DNA of 64,000 bases. It comes from Mytilus californianus (lineage: Eukaryota). Each line of letters starts with the position of its first letter. Within the stretch, counting starts at the first letter, position 1. This document shows, in pieces, positions 35,410 to 47,041 of the stretch. Position numbers and translations under genes: made by a program. A model generated the notes under the pieces. That model was not told the origin of the DNA. It worked only from the letters and a program-made list of their open reading frames with translations, and did no database searches. The stretch lies in contig NW_026262701.1 in the NCBI RefSeq assembly GCF_021869535.1, forward strand, positions 37,634,001 through 37,698,000, given 5' to 3'.

Positions 35410-36108
35410 AATGCATACTTTTTTTACCTCGTGTGACTCTATTTTATTAATGAAATTTTTTGTATCTTGAATGTAAAAGTTATGCCTCTTCAATAATTGG
35501 ATGTTGGATTGTACTTATTGATAATTTAATATTAGATGCATGATTTTTTTAATTAGTTTTAGTGGCTTTGAACTAGCTGTCAGTAACTGCGAGTACTCTC
35601 AGATCTGTACTTAGTGTCTATTTGTTGTTGGGATATACAAGTACCCGGCCACGTCCACTCTGTGTAGTATTTCTGTTTGTATCCATCTGATGAGTTATCT
35701 TGCCTTTTTCAACTGATTTTTATAGTTCGTTCTTATGTTGTACTGTTACACCACTGTCCCAGGTTAGGGGGAGGGTTGGGATCCCGCTAACATGTTTAAC
35801 CCCGCCACATTCTGTATGTATGTATGTGCCTGTCCCAAGTCAGGAGCCTGTAATTCAGTGGTTGTCGTTTGTTGATGTGTTACATATTTGTTTTTCGTTC
35901 ATTTTTTGTACATAAATTAGGCCGTTAGTTTTCTCGTTTGAATTGTTTTACATTTGTCATTTCGGGGCCTTTTATAGCTGACTATGCGGTATGGGCTTTG
36001 CTCATTGTTGAAGGCCGTACGGTGACCTATAGTTGTTAATTTCTATGTCATTTGGTCTCTTGTGGAGAGTTGTCTCATTGGCAATCATACCACATCTTCT
36101 TTTTTATA
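35410..36108 (+). mobile_element. Dispersed repeat family A, longest copy in the window
   Basis: About 700 bp with CCTGTCCCAAGTCAGGA at 35829-35845, ending CATACCACATCTTCTTTTTTATA. Serves as the reference for more than 10 fragments in the window. Confidence 0.9.
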
Positions 36109-36574
36109 TTTATAATTAGATCAAGTAAGTATCTCTCGAGGGAGAGTTACACTTATTGATGATTGGTCGGTAACGACCATTAATGTGTCCTGTTAGCTGA
36201 CCAGTTCGCAATGCCTCATTAATTATTTCTAGATTAATTTTATGCATTTTTGGAAGAAGGTACATGTGTCATTCATGTTTTGAATTATTATTATTCTTTA
36301 AGAAATTATACGTCTGGGAATCTTTTTTCTCTCTCCTTGCTTTATATTTAACCCTTTTCTCAACATGCCAAAATTGTAACAATTTACAACGAAAAGAAAA
36401 TATTATCCTCCACACACATGGCCAAGATAACACTGATATATAATTTCTTTTTCAGTTGAATTAATAATTAGAATAAAAAAGTTCTAAGGTTCACGTATTG
36501 TCTTTTTTTTTTTAAAAAGCAACTTGTTTTTCTCGTTTGAATTTATTATATAATTAACATGATTTTTTTTTCAT

Positions 36575-36720
36575 GTCGGTGCCTTTTATAGCCGATTATA
36601 CGGTGTGGATTTTTCTTTTTGATGAAGGCAATTCGGTGACATGTATTGCTTATATCCACTTATTTAAACTCTGGTGGATAGTTGTCTCATTGCAAATTAT
36701 ACCACATCTCCTTATATTTA
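36575..36720 (+). mobile_element. Diverged family A 3' fragment
   Basis: GCCTTTTATAGCCGATTATACGG...GATAGTTGTCTCATTGC..ATACCACATCTCCTTATA. Confidence 0.7.
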
Positions 36721-38292
36721 TATCAATTTTATTCAAAGGGGAGAATTAACAAAATCGAAACAGATACATTAATAGTGCTTTTTTTCTCCAAAATATTATT
36801 GTAAAATATAAAAAATAAAGAGGTAGGTCCACTTTTCTATGTATTTGTTTCAACACAGAGTCAATACTGGAAAACGTTGGTAGATATGATCATAAAAAAA
36901 AATAGAAATTTATTTGTATTACTCTAAGATTCTATAATCAAAGTACTGAAGTACTGAACATCGGATGACCACAAGTTCTTGAGGATGGTCAAAAGCACTT
37001 GTCTCAGAAAAAAACAACATATCTCTTTACCTGAAACTGAGGTTAATGTACAGAGATATATTTTTTTCTGAGACAAGTTCGTGCGTGGATGATGAATAAA
37101 TGACAGGAAATTCAACTTCACCGTAATAACTATTATATTGTAGTGATACAAATCAGTATACATGGTGGACACTTTTCTGTAAAAATTCGATTTTTCTAAG
37201 ATTGGATACGAGTAGGCATTCATATTTTCCCGCAAAAACAATTACAGAGTTACCGGTCCTCGCAAAAAGTTCTCTGAGATATTCTTCCGCATGCTTTAAC
37301 ACAATTTTTCGGTACGTCCGCATTGATATTATCAATGATTTTTTACTTATTTATATATATCTAACTACAAAACATTTTCATATTATTAATTTATGTTGTA
37401 AACAAAAATATTTTTATCAGTATTCATTGAAGAGATGTATTTATATCAAACGATAAGGAATGTTATTTTGCATTCGTTTATGTGCGCATATTTATCATGT
37501 TTATAGATCGGTTACAAACCCAAAACTAATTTACATAATGGAAATCTAGGCGATAGCAATACATCTGAATGACCCCAAGGTCATCGCGATGTAAAAAGCA
37601 TTACTTTCAATAAAATTTTGTATTTAATCTATAATGCCCTTTTTTCTTTAATTCTGTTAATTCCTAAATTGTAAATAAAAATCTATAAAAAATTGCAATT
37701 TCGACCTATCTATAAACAATCATAATTTATTGAAAGCTTCAGAATTCTCAGAAAATGTTTTCAAGTCATAAAGACGTATTTAATTTAGTGTTATTTTAGT
37801 AAAGAACAATTGACTGTTAATTTTACCCTGATGATGATAGGATTGTCCATACCTTTTTTAACCGGCTGAAATTGAATAGACCCCCTTTATTTCCCTTCTC
37901 TTTGTCTCGCTGCTTATCTCTCTTATTAGGAATAAAGATGTATAAAATTTTAAGACGGAAATACGTACTCATATATACGTATATGCGATTATATGTCAAG
38001 TTAACAATATGTATCATACGGATGAAAACATTCAGTTCCGTATTGTAAAAAGACGGAAATAAACGGAGGAAAAAGAAACACGCGGTCATTGCATGTATTT
38101 GGGAGTTGCATTCAGCTTCAACGGTATTTTATAAACAGTCAATACAGTGTAAACCAAACCCTGCATAAACTGCAAACCTGTCTAAAGTGTACTCTCGTAT
38201 CAGCATAATCAATGAATCTGTGTTCGCAATCAAAAAGGTGTCAACTGAAGAACTGTTTAATATAAACATAATGCTCACTCAAAGGGGTTTTT

Positions 38293-39170
38293 CCTACCCC
38301 AAGAGGTTCGATAATACAACTAATTTTCACTTTCAAGTGATTCGTCTTAGAACATCATGTCTACCCCAAGAGGTTCGATAATACAACTTATTTTCACTTT
38401 CAAGTGATTCGTCTTAGAACATCATGTCTACTCCAAGAGGTTCGATAATACAACTAATTTTCACTTTCAAGTGATTCGTCTTAGAACATCATGTCTACCC
38501 CAAGAGGTTCGATAATACAACTAATTTTCACTTTCAAGTGATTCGTCTTAGAACATCATGTCTACTCCAAGAGGTTCGATAATACAACTAATTTTCACTT
38601 TCAAGTGATTCGTCTTAGAACATCATGTCTACTCCAAGAGGTTCGATAATACAACTAATTTTCACTTTCAAGTGATTCGTCTTAGAACATCATGTCTACT
38701 CCAAGAGGTTCGATAATACAACTAATTTTCACTTTCAAGTGATTCGTCTTAGAACATCATGTCTACTCCAAGAGGTTCGATAATACAACTAATTTTCACT
38801 CCAAGTGATTCGTCTTAGAACATCATGTCTACTCCAAGAGGTTCGATATACAACATAATGTTCAATCCAAACGGTTCGTCTTAGAACATCATGTCTACTC
38901 CAAGAGGTTCGATATACAACATAATGTTCAACCCTAAGGGTTCGTCTTAGAACATCATGTCTACTCCAAGAGGTTCGATATACAACATAATGTTCAATCC
39001 AAAGGGTTCGTCTTAGAACATCATGTCTACTCCAAGAGGTTCGATATACAACATAATATTCAATCCAAAGGGTTCGTCTTAGAACATCATGTCTACTCCA
39101 AGAGGTTTGATATACATCATAATGTTCACTCCAAAGGGTTCGTCGCAGAATATTCAATTCCAAGAAGTTT
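38293..39170. repeat. Tandem array: 8 copies of a 67-bp unit, then about 5 copies of a related 66-bp unit
   Basis: CCAAGAGG anchors at 38299, 38366 ... 38768 (67-bp step), then 38834, 38900, 38966, 39032, 39098 (66-bp step). Confidence 0.95.
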
Positions 39171-39629
39171 GTTCTACACAAGTTTCACTTTACTAGCAGC
39201 ATTTCCAAAACCATATGTTATCTTAAAAAGTGTGTTACCGTTTCAAATGGACTTTTTCTGTTCATAAATTAAATGCAATTAATATAATGTATGCAATTGT
39301 CTCTTTTTATCGCATATACTGTGAAGGTACTTTTATTCTTGGGTATCGATTTTCGTGGATTTTCAAAATTTCTTTAGTTCGTGAGTTTTTGAATTCGTGG
39401 ATATTATTAGAGCATTTTAGTTTTAAATGGAAATTTTACCTTTCGTTGGGAATTTGAATTCGTAGTTGAACCCAATCACAAAAACCACGAAAATTAGTAC
39501 CCCACGAACAAAAGTACTTTCACAGTAATATTTTTTTATCATGATTAGACATCTAAAAATAAGATCTGCAGTCCATTGATGCGTTCATAATACTGCGCAG
39601 CTACTTTCGTACAAGCAATGTTGATGTAC

Positions 39630-39960
39630 ATCTGCAAATAAACTGTACATTTGTAAAGATGTATATAAACTGTTCATTTGTGGAGATGCAAATAAACTGT
39701 ACATTTGTAAGAATATATATTAACTGTTCATTTGTGGAGATGCAAATAAACTGTACATCTGTTGAGCTGCACATAACTAACTGTCTATGTATCTGTTAAG
39801 ATGAGGATGTATGAATATGTAGATCTTCAAAGATGCATATAAACTGTACATTTGTAACTGTATATATTAACTGTGTATATACAATACATCTTTACAGATA
39901 TACAGTTTATATACATTTTCACAGATATACAGTTTATATGCATCTTACTAAATGTACACC
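39630..39960. repeat. Degenerate ~27/55-bp repeat with partly inverted right part
   Basis: (A/T)TAAACTGT(A/T)CATTTGT recurs, and ATACAGTTTATAT copies at 39900-39940 are inverted. A 27-bp near-duplicate CAGTCCAT.GATG.GTTCATAATACT flanks it at ~39569 and ~39974. Confidence 0.7.
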
Positions 39961-41108
39961 AAGATATCATCCTCAGTCCATCGATGAGTTCATAATACTA
40001 GTACTATATAAGTATCATTAATTAATATTCCCCCCTTTTTATTTATTAAGAAGCTTATATCTTTGTGTACTCCTACACTGTGACACAGGATATATTATAG
40101 AACAGTGACCGAATTAATGTGTAACCGGACTTTATAAATACATATGCATGCACGTCTAAATGTCCGTGAGCTACCGGATTTTTGTTATTCATGTCATCTA
40201 AGCAGATCAGTAAACACGTCTATTTGAGAAAGACGGAACATATATACGGTGGGTGTTTCATTGAACTTATTTTTTTTTCTGTATGTTCGATTCGTTGTTT
40301 TAATGAGTAAAACATGATGGTCCTTGCTTCAATGATATTTTCTTTTTTGAAGTCGAGTAAGTAATTAAGAAATAAAACGTCTTAGTTTTGATACTCTAAA
40401 TGTTGCCTGTTATTGTGATTGAAGTATATGTTATCAGTAGTTTCTAATATAAAGATAAGAATATGCGGTATGATTGCCAATAGGACAACTACTAGTAGTT
40501 CATGTGACAACATTTTTTTTCGATATTTTCGAACATTCTTAAAATAAAAATGTTGATTTCAATACTTGTATTATTTTAACTTACTCCCAATGAATACTTT
40601 TGTTGTGAAAATATAGCTCTATTATCTGTTTACCAGTAAAAAGGAATAAACGGGACTTTTGTATGATTTATAGGCATATAGTTACAAAAACATAACATAG
40701 ATTGGATTCCAGCTCAAGCAATGTCTTAGCTATATAACACATAGGCGGAACAAAGTATTAACGGTTGTCTATAGAAACTATGAGCATGTTCTTTTAACAG
40801 ATACCAAGAACTTATGGTTAACAGGCATACATGGACCAACAGTGTTCACACTGCTTATTTAAAACTTATATGTACATCCTTGGATTTTATATGTTAAAAT
40901 TTATGTGTTCCCGATGAAAAAAAATCTAGAAAAGAATTTCGGATGCAAAAAAAAAAAATAGAAAATGTTTCTCCGTTACCTTCGTATGCACTTTTAAATG
41001 TAATGCAAACTTTACAAATACAAATGTACAGAAACATGACAGTAAAACAATTTTAAAATTGCCATATCTCATTTTAACATTTCTTTTTCAGTCTCGTAGT
41101 ATATACGA

Positions 41109-41201
41109 ATGAAGAAACATTATTTGCACGTTGTAATCTTTATAGTTAAGAAAATGATACGCAAGTTAATGGAGAGTGAGATTATGTCAAAAGAAAAGAG
41201 G
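41109..41201 (+). CDS. Uncharacterised GT-A-like type II membrane glycosyltransferase, coding exon 1 (start may be any of four in-frame ATGs)
   Basis: Acceptor TTCTTTTTCAG at 41091, MKKHYLHVVIFIVKKMIRKLMESEIMSKEKR, AGG|GTAAGT donor, phase 0, matching the next two exons. Confidence 0.6.
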
Positions 41202-41544
41202 GTAAGTAATTGTATTTACGTAAATTATATGCATAATGAACCTTTGTACTTAACGAAAATAACTATCTTGTTTGTATTCCAGTGTATTCCTCTTAAGAGG
41301 GCGTCGTCCAGAGCATGCATGAAATATTTGCAACTGGACTTTAAGCAACCAAAAAATCAATCAATCTTAAGAGGGTGAAGTAATTAGAAAATGACTACGA
41401 CAACCTTTATTTTAGTCGAATATGCATACCTCATGATATAATATGGCCTTCGACTTTGGGAACATATTGGTCATTCTCAGCTATTGGCAAAATCTTTTCA
41501 GAAGTAATGCATAAAGTTTTAGACACCGCTCGCCACTGTGCAGG

Positions 41545-41720
41545 ACAGAATACAAGGTATCCGCATAAATCTGTTCATGCTTAGAACTTTCCGTGACAGA
41601 ATACAAGGTATCAACATAACTCTTCTTGCTTAGAACTTTCCGGATCAGAATAAAAGTTATCACCATAATTCTTCTTGCTTAGAACTTTCCGGGTCAGAAT
41701 ACAAGTTATCCCCATAACAA
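41545..41720. repeat. Degenerate ~50-bp tandem repeat, 3-4 copies
   Basis: CTTAGAACTTTCCG..(A/T)CAGAATA(C/A)AAG.TATC recurs near 41580, 41630 and 41677. Confidence 0.75.
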
Positions 41721-43029
41721 TGTTCCTAAATATATTTGAATGGCTTCGATCTGTATTACTGTGTTCACTTCAATAATCCTGACGTGCAAGCCCAATCTCG
41801 GTTATTTGCCTGTTTTGCTGTTGGTCACGTGATATTTTGTGTTGACTGTTAGTGTTTTCTGCCTTAGCTGGACTGGTACCTGATTGATTGATTGTTAGGT
41901 GACTGCTTTACGTCGTGTCAGCCGAAACTGCTATATCGCTACGAAAGATTGCATGAAGTGATGAATAGAAAATGAATGGTATAAAGGATGAAATTATTAC
42001 AAAAAGGGGGTTATGTGGTACACAAAAAGAGAACGAAGTTCGACTCCCATAGGAAATATATGGAGTGTTTGGTGCCAATTTAAGTATTATGCAGCGGGAA
42101 TATCCGTGTTCTCTTTATTCGGAATCTAAAGATTGGGTTCTCAGTAGAATACGATTACAGTTATTTATTGTCATTTTGTGATAAACTTTAAGGAACTTAC
42201 AAAAATTTCAGAGATCTCCCCTTGTGCCGATTTAGGTTAGCTCGTTTTGTGAAAGCTTATTTTTGATAATTAAGATGAAAAGGGAGAAACAGAGTTTAAG
42301 ATTGCATAACCTGAGCGATGACGGTATACAAGAATCCATCTTCCATATGCCGTTTATTGTCATTTTCCAATTTATTATATGAACAGACCTATATTGTCCA
42401 TTAAAACAATGAATAAATGTGTTCGTTACTGTTCTTGTTTTAAAGAAAACTCTAAATATGTTCTTACAAATATGTTCTCTTATTGTAGCCTTTTCGTTCA
42501 CTTTTGGTTAAACGGTTGATATTTCCCAACTCGTTTACATGGCCGTGCTGTTGTGACGTCTATGATTTCTATGAACGTAGTCTACGTATAATGAATAAAT
42601 TATTAAGCCAAGGGTTTCGTACCACAGATTACTGACAACCTTAAGTAAATTCTTTTATAGTTCTATAGGTTTTTCTCTTTTAATTTTTGCATAGTTTGTG
42701 ATTCCAGGGCTTTTTATAGTTTTCTATACGGTACTAGTTTTGCTCATTGTCAAAGGCTGTACAAATAAACTGTAGTTTTTCACATCTTTTTCCTTTTGCC
42801 TTTTGTGAATAGTTGTTTCATACCACATCTTCTTATCTTATAATGGTTTTGAAGTTTGGTTGCACCTGTTGAAATTTAATACACACTAAATATCGCATCC
42901 TAAATTTTACATTCATGTTGTTTAAAGCGCTCGTAAACTAAGATACGATCCATGTTAACTTTTAAGTCCTTTGAACAATTTGTTTTTAAAATGATTTCAA
43001 TTCTTTAAATTGGATACATGTTTTCACAG

Positions 43030-43080
43030 CATATTCCATCAACAGTAAGAAAGTCAAAACGATATAAAAGATTACACTCG
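43030..43080 (+). CDS. GT-A-like protein, coding exon 2 (basic cytosolic tail)
   Basis: TTTTCACAG|, 51 nt encoding HIPSTVRKSKRYKRLHS, TCG|GTAAGT. Open frame, phase 0-0. Confidence 0.65.
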
Positions 43081-44224
43081 GTAAGTATCACAACGTGCAT
43101 GTTGAAGGAAGAGCATACCTTCCGGGGCATTTCAACTCTCCTCCCCATTCTTGCGCCTGTATTTAATTTAAACTGTTGATAGTTATTTGTGTCATTACAA
43201 AATGTGCCATTTACAAGAGAACGTCGGCCCGTTTTAATGTATCATCATTAATTTTCTCGTTCTTTAGTAACCTTGTATGTATAAGTTTTATAAAAAAAAA
43301 AGCCAGTACTAATTTTTTGCATCGTATTTTTATAATTGATATAGTACCAAAGCGTGCTTGAAAATGAGATTACAAGTGAATCTTTGACTTGGACAAATAT
43401 TAAAAAAAAAACTTTATATCTATGACTTTCGATGGTTCAAGATATGCCTTCTTATGATTATATAGTACTTATATATATATATTAAGTAATGTAACTATAC
43501 TTACCCAGTGTTGTACTTCTACAGTCTACTAGTGTTACACTTATGTTGAACCTCTGTACTATGTGATATAGTGGTTGTAGGACGTAAATACTACACGGAA
43601 GACTTAGTCCTTAGTGCCGTGCACTCCAGAGAAAGTCAAGTAGTAAATGATATGTTCACTACCACAACACAGTTTAAGGGCTCCTCAGAAAATTTGAAAG
43701 TCGCCTACTGTGTATTGGCTCCCTAAACTACACAAAGACCCGTTCAAACTTCGTTTCATCGCAGTAAGTGTTCTACAACTAATCTTTCTGTACTGTTAAC
43801 TAGTTCCCTTACTTCTTTCAAAGAACTAGTTATTCTTTTGTAATAAACCATATGAAAATAATGGAATTAAGTGTTTTTGGGTTGTCAAATACTCCTCGGA
43901 TGTTTTGGATAAATAACGTGCTTTTAATGGTCCGTTCAATTCAGTTGACAGTTATTATTTTTCGACTCAATACACTACACTACAACACAGTTTTATCAAT
44001 GGGAAGTTCTCTTATTTAGTTAAATAGAAAAACAAAGGATAAGGAATATCCATCCATGACACAAAATCAGTACTTGCACAGCAAACACACACACAAAAAG
44101 CAAAGGAACAGCGCTTTTATTGTTGTTCTTCGTCTTCAATGGTCCTTGAAAAATCTGGTTGCAAATTTATTTACTGCAACTCATATTAAGCCTTCTGTAA
44201 TGAAAACGTGAAATATGCTAGTCT

Positions 44225-44565
44225 CAGGTTAGGGGAGTGTTGGTCACCCGCTAACATGTTTAACCTCGCCACATTCTGTATGTGCCTGTCCCAAGTCAGG
44301 AGCCTGTACTTCATTAGTTGTCGTTTGTTGCTGTATATCATATTTTTGTTCGTTCATTATTTTGTACATAAATCAGGCCATTAGTTTTCTAGTTTAAAAT
44401 GTTTTACAGTGTCATTTCGGGGCCTTTAATGACTGACTATGCGGTATTGGTTTTACTCATTGTTGAAGGCCGTACGGTGACCTATAGTTGTTAAATTCTG
44501 TGTCATTTGATCTCTTCTGGAGAGTTGTCTCATTGGCAATAATACCACATCTTCTCATTTTTATA
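44225..44565 (+). mobile_element. Dispersed repeat family A copy in GT-like intron 2
   Basis: CCTGTCCCAAGTCAGGA at 44285-44301, colinear with 35760-36108. Confidence 0.85.
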
Positions 44566-45210
44566 GTTAACTGTGATGAAAAGACTAATGCCTTAAAATT
44601 TCTTCTTGAACACCAGTTGCATTTGCGCTGTATTGTAGACATATCTTAATATGTTATCATGAATGAATACATAATCGATCCATGAAAATTAAATTTGTTC
44701 TATACGTAGTAATTGATTGATCATATCCATAATAGACACGTACAAGCGAAGCAAACAGAATATGTTTTCAAAGTTATAAAAATCAGAAGATCGATTGACC
44801 AATCAAAAAAGTCAAAGAAATTGCCCCCATAGCATTACTATGGATTTTATTCCGATTATCTGATTATTCATACGGTGGATCCAGGGGACAACATTTCATG
44901 AAAAAGTCACCATTTAATAGAACATAATTTAAACCGTATGCATTTATAGCAGTTTTACTATTAATTTGAATCGTTCTATCATGTTAAATCAATTTAAAAA
45001 AGATTACTAATGTACGAAACCTGGTAAATTCTCAGTATATTTTGTACATGCGTTCAAATTCTGAGTCGGTTATTAGGTCTATACAAATGAGCTCTTGTTT
45101 CATTACCGGTTAAGGTTTTATATAAATATCGACTTTCAAATAGATAACTGAATAAAATGTTACTAGTAACTAAAATTACTAATAATTTTACTTTTTTTGT
45201 TTTGTTGTAG

Positions 45211-46431
45211 GTGTACGCATTTCAAAGGGCGGCCAGAGTACTTCTTTCCATTAATAAAGCATTTTGGATCTTGTCATTGCCCCTTTTAGTTGTGATTTAT
45301 GTATTTACCACTGGACATGTTCATAGGGAAACAAGGGAAGATAATACAAAAACATGGCTTCTGGTTTTGTGTACAACATTTGTACCTTCAAGAGATCGAG
45401 AAATTGTTCATAACAATACTAGGAATAATTGGAATAGTCTGGGATCAGATGTGTTACCCGTACTCTTTCTAGAGTCTAAATATACTCAAGTAAAAAGAAC
45501 GTTTGAGGATAATGGGTGGGTTGTGCTTCCCGTTGTTGATGTCATGTCGGAAGGGTTTCCGGTTATAAAAAGTTTCTTTTCAGCTATTAGTAGACACTTT
45601 CGGTCTAAGTATGTTGGATATGCTAACGCAGATATTCTTTTCAACGACGACTTAGCTCGGACTTTAAATCTTATGGAAAAATACAGACCATTTGTTGAAA
45701 AACGAAATGAAATATTTATATCTGGTTCTCGTTATGACGTTGAAAATATTACAACAAAAGATTTTTCGTCTTCAGATAAAATAAAACAAATGAAATTGGA
45801 TCATTCTAAGCGACATTCACCAATGGGTCAGGATTACTTCATTACTGACTCTTACTATACGTGGGATATGCTGCCACCAATTGTTGTGGGAAAACAGAGA
45901 ATAGACAATTGGATTTTAATAAATGCAATCGAATTCAACCACACTGCAATTGATTCTTCTGATGCTATAACAGCTATACACCAAACTGTAGATTTAGGTT
46001 CATGGACAGCGGAAAAATGGAATACAAACTTGTCCGATCCAAAATACAATGAACACGTGCTAAATGATCTTCAACAAGATTTTATCTATTTTCAAACCGG
46101 AAATTTAGATTGTCTCCCCTATGAGTTTAACTATACTGTGGCAAATGAAGTGGTTTTAATGAAACGACCACAAGTCGCTAAGTTTTGCAAAAGGCAACAT
46201 GAAATGGTGGAAGTACTTAGATTAAGAAAAGAAAAACAAGACAGAAAGTTAAAATTGGAATTAATGAAGAAAAAAGACAATCAAAATAAGAACGTGGAGA
46301 TAAAGCACAAAATTGTTAAAAGATCCCAGGCAGACATTATTAAGCAAAACAAAGAGACTCTGAAGAAAGCAGGCATTTTTAAGAAATATTATCTACAAAG
46401 GTTGTTGCCTAATTACGACGAAAGAGATTAA
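45211..46431 (+). CDS. GT-A-like glycosyltransferase, main exon (TM anchor, catalytic-like domain, Lys-rich tail)
   Basis: 406-codon ORF directly after TTTTGTTTTGTTGTAG|. The track's start GTG is not an initiator. TM segment AFWILSLPLLVVIYVF, YVGYANADILF (DxD-like NAD), GQDYFI, VVGKQRIDNW and AIHQT. Confidence 0.85.
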   Translation: MYAFQRAARVLLSINKAFWILSLPLLVVIYVFTTGHVHRETREDNTKTWLLVLCTTFVPSRDREIVHNNTRNNWNSLGSDVLPVLFLESKYTQVKRTFEDNGWVVLPVVDVMSEGFPVIKSFFSAISRHFRSKYVGYANADILFNDDLARTLNLMEKYRPFVEKRNEIFISGSRYDVENITTKDFSSSDKIKQMKLDHSKRHSPMGQDYFITDSYYTWDMLPPIVVGKQRIDNWILINAIEFNHTAIDSSDAITAIHQTVDLGSWTAEKWNTNLSDPKYNEHVLNDLQQDFIYFQTGNLDCLPYEFNYTVANEVVLMKRPQVAKFCKRQHEMVEVLRLRKEKQDRKLKLELMKKKDNQNKNVEIKHKIVKRSQADIIKQNKETLKKAGIFKKYYLQRLLPNYDERD

Positions 46432-47041
46432 TGTTGAATATGTGTTTCTTATACTGTGTGTGACGTGAAGAAAGGGATACGAAACATCTGTATTTGTCCT
46501 TTGAAAGTTTTTGCATTTTTACAGTATATGCAAGACGTTTACGTCTTATTGCAAATTTGAAAGATGAAATAATATTTGATATATTTAAAGTTCTTTTTTG
46601 AATTAAAAGGACAAACAAGTGGCTTTATCATGCCTTCTCTAAGTTTCTTCTTGGTGATTTCAGTATCTTGAGGTTACCCGAGCACACAAATAAGTATCTC
46701 GAAGGTTTCATTGCGTGCTATAGTAAAACAGTCTTTAGGCTTTAGCGACCTTCAATGTGAAGTGTAAAATAAAGAGACTAAACAGGTAATCTTGTTATAC
46801 ATTTAGATAAGAAACTCTAGTTGCAGTTGAATATATTTCCCCTCCATTTATTTTCGGGTCTTTTTTACTTACTAAATCAATTAAGTTCAAGTAGGTTATG
46901 AAAATGTACGATTTAACATCCTGCAGCCGTAGTGGATAGAACCAATGGATTCCGATATCAGACAAAAAGTCAAAAACAGGAGCAGCGAACTTCCTTAAAA
47001 TATGTCTTCAAACGAGCAATACCATTTGATAGATTTTCAGA

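Noticed and set aside
35687-35694. CTGATGAG, a perfect hammerhead core, in family A
   Set aside because: No stem II followed by GAAA, and no stem III, could be found downstream.
37030-37335. Cys-rich minus-strand fragments (..EKC/HHVY..) ending at a CAG|GTAAAG donor, faintly like an EGF-type exon
   Set aside because: It needs several frameshifts and stop read-throughs, and has no acceptor or partner exons. Too weak to call a pseudogene.
38293-39170. CRISPR-like look: constant ends with a variable middle
   Set aside because: The middles are identical within each block rather than unique spacers, there are no cas genes, and the context is eukaryotic.
38789-39181. 130-aa repetitive ORF (RRTLWIEHYVVYRTSWSRHDVL)n
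   Set aside because: A by-product of the 66-bp period. It starts with GTG, has no splice or domain support, and is confined to the array.
40315-40356. Upstream ATG exon (MMVLASMIFSFLKS, |GTAAGT) as coding exon of the GT-like gene
   Set aside because: Splicing to 41092 meets an in-frame TAG before the ATG at 41109. At most a 5' UTR exon.
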